This document shows positions 1 to 8,924 of a DNA stretch of 64,000 nt, in pieces (within the stretch, counting starts at the first letter, position 1; each line of letters starts with the position of its first letter). Source of the stretch: a virus; the IMG/VR virus record IMGVR_UViG_3300002835_007718, positions 1-64,000 of that record, one strand, 5' to 3'. The notes under the pieces are model-generated. The model ran no database searches. It saw only the letters and a program-made list of their open reading frames with translations, and was not told the DNA's origin. A program made the position numbers and the translations under genes.

Positions 1-569
1 CATAACATTTTTTTAAAACAATCTTCTATATAATTTTCAATTAATTGTTTTGTTTCAGAGTGAGATAAGTGTTCTACCGCTAAAACTGATTTTATTTTGG
101 CCTCTGGATATTTTTGTTGTAAAGAACCTACAGCTTTTACATTTTTAATTGAATCATCCATAAATGCAATATCAGTATATCCTTTTTTGATATGTTGTTC
201 AATCCAATCCGATTTTGCTTTAGGGTCGTTATTACCTAACGCGACAACATATACATCCAATCCCAACTCTTTTTTAAACCAATAACGAATTGGAAATGCT
301 AACTTTCTTGCGGTTAAGATAGTTACCTTTTTTTCCGGATTAGTTAACATTCTTTGAAGAAGTTTAAAGTTTTTCTTAATCAATTCCGGCTTGTTCAACA
401 TTCTATTGAAATCCTTAAAGTCATACTCATCGCCAGGCTTAGGGTCGTATTTAGCATACTCTTCCGGAGATAAGGTGCTCTTTGTGCCATCTTTGTGTTT
501 TACATAGATGTATGATACACTTTTTGCTAATGTATCATCAAAATCAAATACTCTTAATACCTTACCCAT
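1..569 (-). CDS. HAD-superfamily phosphatase-like protein (stop codon at/just beyond window edge)
   Basis: Not in ORF track. Manual translation from ATG at 569: MGKVLRVFDFDDTLAKS...TILTARK...AFMDDSIKNV, giving HAD motif I (DxD), motif II (T) and motif IV (DD). Confidence 0.8.
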   Translation of the reverse strand, partial: MGKVLRVFDFDDTLAKSVSYIYVKHKDGTKSTLSPEEYAKYDPKPGDEYDFKDFNRMLNKPELIKKNFKLLQRMLTNPEKKVTILTARKLAFPIRYWFKKELGLDVYVVALGNNDPKAKSDWIEQHIKKGYTDIAFMDDSIKNVKAVGSLQQKYPEAKIKSVLAVEHLSHSETKQLIENYIEDCFKKML

Positions 570-1431
570 TGTAAACAAATCTCCTATGATGTGATGCATA
601 GTTCTGAATTATTTCAGCATCAGTTAATTTTTTACCATAAACTCTAATAATAGCCATTCTACCATCAAAATAAGTTCCATCACCTTGGCTTGTCGAATCA
701 AGGGCTCCAAATGCAATACGAAATTCTGAAGTTAAATTATCCATAGGTGAACTAAAATTTACATTTGCGGTTTGGCCTACTAAAACACCATCAACATAAC
801 CCCTTACAGGACTACCATGACCATCATATGTTAATACCACTTGATGCCATTCATTAAATGACAAAGCACCAGTTCCACCGGTACTTGTAATACCCGCACC
901 GGTCCATAATCCAAATTCAACTTGACCTGATACTAATTCGATAATACTATTATGATATCCAACCTCAATGTTGTTTTGCCCTAAATGAGAAGCTATAACC
1001 CCATTATTAGTTGGATAAATCCAAACTTCAACCGAATGAGCTTCATCTCCAATAGTTATCACTTGGTCTAAATCTGGAGTAATAATATAATCGTTTGAAA
1101 ATGTAAAATATCCAGCAGAATTCCAAGGCGGAGAACCTACAATTGTTCCGTTTCTATTGTTTCGTGCAATGTCAATAATTGATGTGCCGGTGCCAGTATA
1201 AGATGTTTCAAATCCAGCATCGTAATACAATAATAAATCATCAGTAATAATCGGTTCTATTGGAATTTCATAATTAGCCGCAAGTTGATTTCTCAAAAAA
1301 TTTTGATACTTTAACCAACTCTGGCGGTTTTGTTCTTCAATGATTTTATTTCGGTTAGCTTTTTTAGCTTCCAAAGCCATCTCTTTTTTACGGAGATAAT
1401 CTTTTAAATTTGAGTTATTACTAAAATCCAT
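562..1431 (-). CDS. LamG/concanavalin A-like lectin-fold protein, probably virion-associated
   Basis: LLLYYDAG, SVEVWIYP, WHQVVLTYDG..RGYVDG, FDGRMAIIRVYGKKLTDAEIIQNY are typical Laminin_G_3 signatures. Confidence 0.85.
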   Translation of the reverse strand: MDFSNNSNLKDYLRKKEMALEAKKANRNKIIEEQNRQSWLKYQNFLRNQLAANYEIPIEPIITDDLLLYYDAGFETSYTGTGTSIIDIARNNRNGTIVGSPPWNSAGYFTFSNDYIITPDLDQVITIGDEAHSVEVWIYPTNNGVIASHLGQNNIEVGYHNSIIELVSGQVEFGLWTGAGITSTGGTGALSFNEWHQVVLTYDGHGSPVRGYVDGVLVGQTANVNFSSPMDNLTSEFRIAFGALDSTSQGDGTYFDGRMAIIRVYGKKLTDAEIIQNYASHHRRFVYNG

Positions 1432-1435
1432 AATA

Positions 1436-2194
1436 TTACTTTAAATTAGGAATACCACCAATTTTTGGGATTCTGGCTTTCCAAGTTTTATAAATTAAAC
1501 TTCTATTGGGTAGTGTGATAATATTATCATCTACTAATGAATCTAAATAATCATCTACCACATTTTGATATGGTTTTTTGATTGTTTTTGCTTTTGAATA
1601 TAATCCATGAATGTTGGCATCCACTTCTTTTGGTAGTAAGAAATATTTGTAATATAGTTCGGAGTTTTGACGAATCCGCTTTCTCATTGCAATATCACCC
1701 TTCATCAATTTTGACTGCTTTAAATTAGCAGATTTGTTTCCATGGGTTTGATGTTCAATTTCATGTCTTACCAAGTCACGAAGAACTGGCTGAATTTTTG
1801 AGAAAATACTCTCACCATCATTTGGGTTGATTGCAATTTGAACTTCAATCATTGGAAAATCCTCATCAACTTCAGCAGAACCATCAATATAAAATTTACC
1901 CGGCGATACACCATCCTCGGTTACAGCAAACTTTAATTGAACTTCAACTTCCATACCACTTACCCTATCATTATACTCACCCACATAGAGTGACCTGGTT
2001 TCATAATTAAACATATCACCAATTTTCATCGTTGGTGCTGGGTCCTTACGAACCGCATAACCTTTATACTTCTTTGGCGTCTCTTGGGTTCCACTACCAA
2101 CCATAGCGGATTTGATGGTCTTAAAGATGTCTTTGTTTATCTCACCAACTAACTTGTCATACATTCCTTCTACTATAAGAGATATTAACTTCAT
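1436..2194 (-). CDS. Hypothetical protein with HExxH zincin-like motif
   Basis: VRHEIEHQTH plus downstream E (PKEVDAN); N-terminus MKLISLIVE. Confidence 0.55.
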   Translation of the reverse strand: MKLISLIVEGMYDKLVGEINKDIFKTIKSAMVGSGTQETPKKYKGYAVRKDPAPTMKIGDMFNYETRSLYVGEYNDRVSGMEVEVQLKFAVTEDGVSPGKFYIDGSAEVDEDFPMIEVQIAINPNDGESIFSKIQPVLRDLVRHEIEHQTHGNKSANLKQSKLMKGDIAMRKRIRQNSELYYKYFLLPKEVDANIHGLYSKAKTIKKPYQNVVDDYLDSLVDDNIITLPNRSLIYKTWKARIPKIGGIPNLK

Positions 2195-2195
2195 A

Positions 2196-2227
2196 CAAAT
2201 ATACGAAATAAATTTTAATTATCCAAA
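2196..2227 (-). promoter_or_regulatory. Bacteroidota-type primary sigma promoter (-33 TTTG / -7 TATATTTG)
   Basis: Minus strand TTTG-N20-TATATTTG ending 1 nt before the ATG at 2194. Confidence 0.7.
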
Positions 2228-2427
2228 TTATTTTTGGAATTAAACCAATAATCTACGACTTTGCCAAAATTACCAATCAAAGCACCTAACAATAATAATA
2301 AAAGTTCTTTCCAATCACCATGAAGCTCCGCATTGTTATGCATAGCAACACTAATACCATGAATTGTAAGTAAAAAACTTATTACGATTACAATACTTAA
2401 AATAATTCTATGTTTCGATTCATTCAT
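2215..2427 (-). CDS. Small two-TM membrane protein
   Basis: Two hydrophobic helices (IILSIVIVISFLLTI; LLLLLGALIGNFGKVVDYWF). Confidence 0.65.
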   Translation of the reverse strand: MNESKHRIILSIVIVISFLLTIHGISVAMHNNAELHGDWKELLLLLLGALIGNFGKVVDYWFNSKNNLDN

Positions 2428-2428
2428 T

Positions 2429-4246
2429 TTAAATATCCAACTTTGGAGTAGAAGATTTAAAATCTTTTTTTCTCATAATAGTTTTAGCGATTGCCTTGTT
2501 CGTTTGTTTCATAAATGGAATATTGATGTTTGTTCTGTCATCGACCGCTACTACTTCTTTATACTTGTCAAGGAAATCCAAGAATTGTTTTTTGTTTTTA
2601 CCCAATCGTTTAAAGAATCCAATTAGTTCTGCTTGTGAAATTTCTTTATCATTACGAGGGTCGTTAAGTCTATCAAAGAAATGTTTGTCAGTAAGAACCA
2701 CATCAATTGGATTTAATTGTTTATCTGCAAATTGGTCAATCTTTTGAAGGTCTCCCATTGGCATTTCTGACAAAGGTTCTCTCATTGTAGATGAAGGGTG
2801 GTATTTATCTAAACACCTTCCATCCAATGTTGTTGGATATTTACAAGGATTGCCTGAACTATCATAATAAATTTCATCAATAAACTTTGAGTTGTTTGAC
2901 CCTTCACTTGCGCCTGTCTTTGAGAATGTGGGTTTTTGACCCTTCTTTTGTTCACCACCTTTTTTAGCATCTCCGGCTTTCTTTTGGTCAGCTCTTTTTC
3001 TTCTTACAAAAGCGGCTCTACCTTTAGGCCCAAGTTTAGCAGCTTTCTCTTTAGATAGACAAGCGGCGTATGCATCGCCATCATCACCATCACCACACTT
3101 ACCTAACTTCTGACCATCGGAACCATATCTATCCCAACCACCACCGCCGGATGAACCTGTTTTACCTTTACCAAACCATTTACGAAGGTCTTCTTTTAAA
3201 AAGATATCTGAAAACTTTGAATACATATATTTTTCAATTAATCTATTTTGTAGTTTTCTAAATTTAGGGGATTGGTCTTGTTTGCCTAAATAAGCGTTTT
3301 GTTCGGTTTCTAATTTTATCTGATGGGTCAACTCATGTATAACTGCGTATTCTGGATCACTCATTCTATTTACATCAAATGAAATATAAAGTGGTTTCAT
3401 TGTTTTAGGATTGAATGTTAATACAGCTCCACCCTTACCAACATTACCAAATTTTACAGGTAATGGAGTTATGCCCTCACTCTTACATAAAGCTTCGTAA
3501 TAAGCCTTTATATTTGCAGGTTTGTATAATCCCTCACTTAATTCAAACTTAGCAGCAGTATCGGTTTTAAAAAATGAACCTCGTCTTACAGTTCTAAAAT
3601 CTAAATTCATTTCATTTCCAAAAATTTCTTTTGGTGCAATAATTTTTAATCTGATAGTTCCATTCTTATTGTCAATACCTAAAGTTTCAAAATGAATTTC
3701 AGAATATTTTTTACCTTTAAATCCTAAGTTTTTACCAGTAATAAATTTGTGAACTTTTCCACCACTAACCGCTTGTGCTTCCTCTAACTCATTTTCAATA
3801 TCAACTGGACTTCTAAATATTGTTGGAGACGCAGGCTTGGGATTAGCATCTTTGTATGTTGGATTTTGAAACATTTCATCAATTAAACGAAATTTTAAAA
3901 GTGGCTTCCCATTAATTGTAATATCACCTTTTTCGTTTTTACTAATTGACTTTACCACAATACGTTTGTTTTTAAACTTACCACCAAGTAAAGTGTCTCC
4001 TATTGAAATAGGAATGTTTATATTTTCAAATACCAATGTAACAAAATCGCCAGCAGATTCCGTAATCTTAGCATCCATATATTTTTTATATAGATAAATA
4101 ATAAACGGAGTTAGCTCTTTTACCATCTTATTCTTTTCCACCTGGTTGTATTTACTGGCCTTAACCGGGTCAGTAGCAGTCGGTGGATTATGAATAGCGT
4201 TAAAAGCTGTTCTAAATACTTGTCTTTGTGTTATTGATAATGCCAT
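2429..4246 (-). CDS. Multi-module putative virion/head protein with HExxH module
   Basis: 605 aa of unrelated short modules separated by [I/L]-x-E motifs; IHELTH; basic Cys-containing EDLRKWF...KCG...ACL module. Confidence 0.6.
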   Translation of the reverse strand: MALSITQRQVFRTAFNAIHNPPTATDPVKASKYNQVEKNKMVKELTPFIIYLYKKYMDAKITESAGDFVTLVFENINIPISIGDTLLGGKFKNKRIVVKSISKNEKGDITINGKPLLKFRLIDEMFQNPTYKDANPKPASPTIFRSPVDIENELEEAQAVSGGKVHKFITGKNLGFKGKKYSEIHFETLGIDNKNGTIRLKIIAPKEIFGNEMNLDFRTVRRGSFFKTDTAAKFELSEGLYKPANIKAYYEALCKSEGITPLPVKFGNVGKGGAVLTFNPKTMKPLYISFDVNRMSDPEYAVIHELTHQIKLETEQNAYLGKQDQSPKFRKLQNRLIEKYMYSKFSDIFLKEDLRKWFGKGKTGSSGGGGWDRYGSDGQKLGKCGDGDDGDAYAACLSKEKAAKLGPKGRAAFVRRKRADQKKAGDAKKGGEQKKGQKPTFSKTGASEGSNNSKFIDEIYYDSSGNPCKYPTTLDGRCLDKYHPSSTMREPLSEMPMGDLQKIDQFADKQLNPIDVVLTDKHFFDRLNDPRNDKEISQAELIGFFKRLGKNKKQFLDFLDKYKEVVAVDDRTNINIPFMKQTNKAIAKTIMRKKDFKSSTPKLDI

Positions 4247-4288
4247 ATCTTATAAATATAAAAGTATTAATATAAAAGTCAAAGTAAA

Positions 4289-4432
4289 TTATTTACCTTG
4301 ACCTCTATATTTTTTTTTGTAATTCACCGAATTTTTTGAAGACGATGTTTTTGTTTTTGCGTGAACGCCGGGTCTTGATACTTTTGGCTTACCCTTAAAC
4401 GATGTAGCTGATTGTGTTTTAATTTTTGCCAT
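4289..4432 (-). CDS. Small basic protein ending KKKYRGQGK (47 aa)
   Basis: Manual translation MAKIKTQSATSFKGKPKVSRPGVHAKTKTSSSKNSVNYKKKYRGQGK; fills the gap between ORFs; the YRGQG tail recurs in small proteins of T4-like phages. Confidence 0.75.
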   Translation of the reverse strand: MAKIKTQSATSFKGKPKVSRPGVHAKTKTSSSKNSVNYKKKYRGQGK

Positions 4433-4433
4433 T

Positions 4434-5246
4434 TTATAACTCCACTTCTTTAATATAAATTTTAATTTTGGGGGTTCTGCCCTCCGGTAGTCTATTTACA
4501 ATTCCATTAAAACTTTCCACTTTTGATTTAAAATAGTGAAGAGTTAGTTCTCGGTCGGTAAGATTCAACATTAATTGTGAAGAGGTAGACATTTTTTCAG
4601 TATCTCTTCTCATGTTTAAGTGAGAATTACTTTTGTAAAATTGTTTTTTTAGTCCATCAAGAATATCTATAGCGTTTTTTGATATATCAAGAATCTTTTC
4701 AGCAGAAGTTTTTCTAATTTTAGATGAAAGATAATCATCACCTTTTGTATATCCAGCATCATAATAATGATATCCATGATTTGTTCTAACAAAGTTGTTA
4801 GAAGAAAGGTCTCTAATATCTAATTTAGGATTATGCTTTGAGGTCATTTCCATAGAAACCATTTTTTGTGGGTCGGAAACAAATGTGTGTCCTTTTACTC
4901 CCATTTTAGCAACAAGTTCTACAACTTCTTTTAGAGTTTTTTTTGTTAGTGCGGTTCTGATACGATTACCATCTTTAGAAGGCTTGCCCCCTTTTTTTAC
5001 GATTTTCTTTTCGTTTTCATCATATCCAACCATTAGTGCCGTATTTAATACACCAATACCATATTCGTTCATACCCTCTGACCAATCCGTAACCATATCA
5101 CGGAGATACGCAATTTCTACACCATCCACGATTTCGTGAACAATTTCCAATTTAGGTTTGTAGGCCCTATCTCGGTTTTTAACCATAATAATAGCATCTC
5201 CCACCTTTTTGGCTACGATGATACATTCATTAATTAATTTATTCAT
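4434..5246 (-). CDS. Ntn-hydrolase (C45/choloylglycine hydrolase-like) with Cys nucleophile
   Basis: C8-IIVAK...MVKNRDR, EGMNEYGIGV, VRTNH match Ntn Cys-hydrolase motifs. Confidence 0.7.
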   Translation of the reverse strand: MNKLINECIIVAKKVGDAIIMVKNRDRAYKPKLEIVHEIVDGVEIAYLRDMVTDWSEGMNEYGIGVLNTALMVGYDENEKKIVKKGGKPSKDGNRIRTALTKKTLKEVVELVAKMGVKGHTFVSDPQKMVSMEMTSKHNPKLDIRDLSSNNFVRTNHGYHYYDAGYTKGDDYLSSKIRKTSAEKILDISKNAIDILDGLKKQFYKSNSHLNMRRDTEKMSTSSQLMLNLTDRELTLHYFKSKVESFNGIVNRLPEGRTPKIKIYIKEVEL

Positions 5247-5279
5247 TTATACCTTTATACAAATATGTAATAATAAATA

Positions 5280-5924
5280 TTACTTATTTTCGAATTCGTA
5301 AAAGAAAGAATCATCATTTCCAGCAGACCATTTGCTTCCTCTTTCACATAAAAATTCTTTTGTAGAAACTTTAAAATCAGGTTTGCAAATTCCAAGTGGT
5401 GTTAAAGATTGGTCGTGAAATAGAATACGATTATTTGGTTGAGCTGCAAATTGACCATTATCCAATTTTATTACATTAAATGACTTATGTTCATTTGGAG
5501 TTTGAGAAAGAGATACATTTAATTCATTAGGGTCGGAATGCGCTGAATCAATAGTAAACATATACTCACCCTTATAAAACTCTCTATCCTTCATATACAC
5601 CATTACATCTAACTTTGAAAGTGTAGATTTTTCAATCACCGAAATGTTATAAGAGAACGCATCCCATATTTCTAAAAAGTCCAATGGTAGAAGTTCATCT
5701 TCTTTAACATCAGTTTTCCAAACATATGCTGATATTGGGAGTTTGTCGTATAAAGCACCATAATTAGTAAGGAGTGATTCAAAGTATAAAGCCTTACCCT
5801 TAATAGATTTTACACTTATCCAATAACAAGGTTCAAATTCTCCAAATCCTTTTTGAAAATCATACAAGTATTCTTTACGAATATAACAATCTATTGGTGG
5901 TAAATTTGCAACTAAATAACTCAT
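5280..5924 (-). CDS. Conserved phage hypothetical protein
   Basis: 214 aa ORF; SYLVANLPP, EHKSFN..LDNGQFAAQPNNR resemble a widespread uncharacterised phage family. Confidence 0.6.
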   Translation of the reverse strand: MSYLVANLPPIDCYIRKEYLYDFQKGFGEFEPCYWISVKSIKGKALYFESLLTNYGALYDKLPISAYVWKTDVKEDELLPLDFLEIWDAFSYNISVIEKSTLSKLDVMVYMKDREFYKGEYMFTIDSAHSDPNELNVSLSQTPNEHKSFNVIKLDNGQFAAQPNNRILFHDQSLTPLGICKPDFKVSTKEFLCERGSKWSAGNDDSFFYEFENK

Positions 5925-5935
5925 ACTAATAAGTA

Positions 5936-6334
5936 TTAATCAAGCGCATTAATAATTGCTTTTTTCACAGCTATTGAAAATTCAGTTTGTTCAAATGGTA
6001 AATTTTCATCTTGAAGTTGTAAAAGAGTTGCTGCTACATTCATTTTAGCAACACCCACCCCAACTGATTCTTTACCATCTTTGGTTACGGTTACAGTTAC
6101 AAAAGTTTTCTTTTGTTTAAATTCAAACGGACCAACTCTAATTCCTTTAGTTGGTGCTTTGATTTCATTTACTACTACGTGAATTGGTGAACCATCAGGA
6201 CAAAGTGGTGCTTCTTGACCTACGATTTCTTCGGTGATTTGTCTTACACCAAAGGTGAATTTTTCTTCAGATACTCCAGCGATTGAAGTAAGCGATATTA
6301 CTGAAGATACGAAGTAACATAAAATTGAGCTCAT
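5936..6334 (-). CDS. Secreted protein, short CsgG-like paralogue
   Basis: Hydrophobic N-terminus; FGVRQITEEIV and VGVGVA...FEQTEFSIAVKKAI align by eye with LGVSNRIVENF and ASGQGTA...FDNSTVGIATQRAL of 8914-9654. Confidence 0.5.
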   Translation of the reverse strand: MSSILCYFVSSVISLTSIAGVSEEKFTFGVRQITEEIVGQEAPLCPDGSPIHVVVNEIKAPTKGIRVGPFEFKQKKTFVTVTVTKDGKESVGVGVAKMNVAATLLQLQDENLPFEQTEFSIAVKKAIINALD

Positions 6335-7455
6335 TGTATTTTTCCTATATTAGAGTTGGGGGAAGCATTGTGAATTCCAGTTCCCATTATATAAAACTGA
6401 TTTTGATTTTGAATTGTTCTTACTTGAGTTGGAAAGTAAGTGTTATAATAATTAGTGTTTGCATTAGACTCTATTGTTGTTTTTTCTGCTTGTGTAAAAA
6501 CATATTTGTTGTGAAAAAATCCATTTGAATATAACATATAACAAAAATAAATATCTTCCCATTCAAAGGTAGAACTATTATTACAATCACAAGTGTAGAA
6601 GTCCCAATCTTGTAGTGGTCCTAATTCTGCTTTCATAAACATCATATAGTTCATACTAAAATCAGTAATCAAATGAAATTTATTTGATGTGTTAATAGTA
6701 ACTCTATAAGGTCTATTATTAACATTGGAAAATATTGCTTGTCCGTTTGAGTTTGTATTTAGAGTTCCTTGCGATACCCAATTAGTGGATGTTACTCCAA
6801 TTTCATTTAGTTGTAAAGTCCAATTAGATTGAGAAGGTCTTCTCCATACCAATACCAAACCATCCCCACCACTATATTCCTGCATTCTTGCAATAACATT
6901 ATATTGTTGACCAGCAACCATTGAATAGTTTCCATATTGGTAAACTCCAACCCCCTTACCCCCATAATATTCAATTACCGATGTTCCGTTGATTGATAAA
7001 TCAGAACCATCATCGGATGTCAATCCAAATGAATATGTGCCCGTTTCCGCAGCAACAAAAGTGAAGGTTACTTCAGTAGAATAGTAATCACCATTATTAG
7101 GCACGGAAGCACCTGCTGAAGTTAGTGTTCCAAAATTTAAAAAGTTTAAAGATGTAGTTGCGTTTAAATTACCAGTCCACCAAAGAGTTGTTGCACTCCA
7201 AGATGTGCTAAATAACCTATTCATTTCTGAACGAGTGGATGGGTAATTTTGATATTGAGATGTGCCTCCATTACCAAAGTGGGTTCTGAATATCCTTACT
7301 GATGTTGTTCCATTACCAGTTGTTATTTGATGTTCCATCGTAATTGGAATCCCACTTACATCCTGCGTTCCGATTGGGGTAAGCGTTACAGTTTGAGAAT
7401 ATCCCTCAATTGATACTGTAAGTATAAAAATAAGAGTAAAAATAAACTGTTTCAT
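6331..7455 (-). CDS. Secreted PA14-domain protein with C-terminal dockerin-like segment
   Basis: Sec signal (MKQFIFTLIFILTVSIEGYS-Q); PA14 motif GTYSFGLTSDDGSDLSING...MQEYSGGDGLVLVW; YTCDCNNSSTFEWEDI EF-hand-like loop. Confidence 0.75.
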   Translation of the reverse strand: MKQFIFTLIFILTVSIEGYSQTVTLTPIGTQDVSGIPITMEHQITTGNGTTSVRIFRTHFGNGGTSQYQNYPSTRSEMNRLFSTSWSATTLWWTGNLNATTSLNFLNFGTLTSAGASVPNNGDYYSTEVTFTFVAAETGTYSFGLTSDDGSDLSINGTSVIEYYGGKGVGVYQYGNYSMVAGQQYNVIARMQEYSGGDGLVLVWRRPSQSNWTLQLNEIGVTSTNWVSQGTLNTNSNGQAIFSNVNNRPYRVTINTSNKFHLITDFSMNYMMFMKAELGPLQDWDFYTCDCNNSSTFEWEDIYFCYMLYSNGFFHNKYVFTQAEKTTIESNANTNYYNTYFPTQVRTIQNQNQFYIMGTGIHNASPNSNIGKIQ

Positions 7456-8924
7456 AATAACATTTTTGCACCTGTTGAAATTTGGAAGTTAAGAATATCT
7501 ACACCATATTGGTATGCCCCACCAAATGAAACACTTAATTTAAATTTATTAGTTAATTTCATATCTACATTTGCAAGTGGAACTAACAAAACTCCGCTAC
7601 TATACCATTGACCCCCATAATAAAATACATATGGTGAATAAACTCCTAATAACATAATATTTGATGTTAAAAATTTACCTCCTTTAAAGTTAGTAAACCC
7701 ACCAGCCACAACACTCCAATTTTGAAATCCACCATCACCAAGTTTACCAAATGTATAATTAGTTCCCAACATACCCGTAAATTTCCAAATTTTTTGTGCA
7801 CTTAATAAAGTTGTAGTATTAAATATATCGGATTTAAAGTTAGTCATTGTAGAGTTAGAAAATACTCCCATGAATCCCTTTTTTTTATATGAACCATATA
7901 AAGTTGTATTTAAAACATTTTCACCAGTAGTATAATTAAAATTTAAACCTTTAATAAAATTTTGTTTGGTGTTTACATGGGTTAATGATGTGTTGAATCT
8001 ATAATTATCATTTCCACCCTTTTCTATATTATTTCCGTTTCTGATTACTACCATATCACCAGACCCAATCAAAGAACCTCTACTTACTTTTTCTTGCTTA
8101 CTTTTAGGTTTATTACCCCCACCTCCACTTTTACCACCGCCACCTGAAGAACCACCTGATTCGGATTCACCACCACTTGCGGTAGTTGTATTTTCTTGTC
8201 CACCAACTGCTCCTTCGGTTGTTCCGCCACCTTCGGTTGTTCCGCCACCATCAGTTCCACCACCACTACTGGGTTGTTCACTACTGCTGCCTGAGCCACC
8301 GCCTGAGCCACCACTTCCGCCAGAACCACCCGAACCCCCACTTCCGCCTGAACCTCCACCAGAGCCTCCGGAACCACCGCCTGAGCCTCCACTACCTGAA
8401 CCCCCACTACCTGAGCCTCCACTACCTGAGCCTCCACTACCTGAGCCTCCACCACTTCCACTTGTGTTAGAACCACCACCACTTCCACCGCTAGTATTTG
8501 AACCACCTGAAGATGATGTATTGGTAGGTGGTGGTATGTTAAGTGAACCTGCTGCTTGGGAACCTATTCCTGCTGCGATACCAACTATATTACTTATATT
8601 ATTTACTAAATTAGTAGTATTGGATACATTAGCTGTAGTTGTAATTTGTGGGGCGTTTCCAGCACATGGATTATAGCCAGGTGGAAATTGCGCATTTATT
8701 GATTGAACCCATTGTTCATAGGCTCCGTTTAATAATTGTAATTGTGTAAAATTTTGATATTGGCCAGCGTAAAATAATGTTACTGAACCAGATGGTTGGG
8801 TTATTGTTATTGTATTGGGTAACCCGGTACAGGGGTCGGTATATGTATATTGAAACGATTGTCCATATACACTACCAGCCCCTAATATTAAAAGTAGAGT
8901 TAATATCCACTTCTTACCATCCAT
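7452..8924 (-). CDS. Secreted protein with Gly/Ser-rich stalk and C-terminal outer-membrane beta-barrel-like domain
   Basis: Signal peptide ending VYG-Q; long G/S linker; C-terminal ~200 aa of alternating aromatic/hydrophobic strands ending FQISTGAKMLL. Confidence 0.65.
   Translation of the reverse strand: MDGKKWILTLLLILGAGSVYGQSFQYTYTDPCTGLPNTITITQPSGSVTLFYAGQYQNFTQLQLLNGAYEQWVQSINAQFPPGYNPCAGNAPQITTTANVSNTTNLVNNISNIVGIAAGIGSQAAGSLNIPPPTNTSSSGGSNTSGGSGGGSNTSGSGGGSGSGGSGSGGSGSGGSGSGGSGGGSGGSGGGSGGSGGSGGSGGSGGSGGGSGSSSEQPSSGGGTDGGGTTEGGGTTEGAVGGQENTTTASGGESESGGSSGGGGKSGGGGNKPKSKQEKVSRGSLIGSGDMVVIRNGNNIEKGGNDNYRFNTSLTHVNTKQNFIKGLNFNYTTGENVLNTTLYGSYKKKGFMGVFSNSTMTNFKSDIFNTTTLLSAQKIWKFTGMLGTNYTFGKLGDGGFQNWSVVAGGFTNFKGGKFLTSNIMLLGVYSPYVFYYGGQWYSSGVLLVPLANVDMKLTNKFKLSVSFGGAYQYGVDILNFQISTGAKMLL
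8200..8520. repeat. Coding tandem repeats (GSGGS 15-mers; GGTTE/GGGTT 18-mers)
   Basis: cctgagcctccacta units repeated around 8380-8455; cttcggttgttccgcca twice at about 8213-8250. Confidence 0.85.

Noticed and set aside
8084-8506. 140 aa VVEAQ-repeat ORF and the His/Leu-rich antisense ORF
   Set aside because: Alternative-frame readings of the Gly/Ser repeat DNA
8200-8520. Possible CRISPR array or curlin repeats
   Set aside because: Repeats are contiguous with no unique spacers, and lack the Q/N-x-A-x-x-x-Q curlin periodicity
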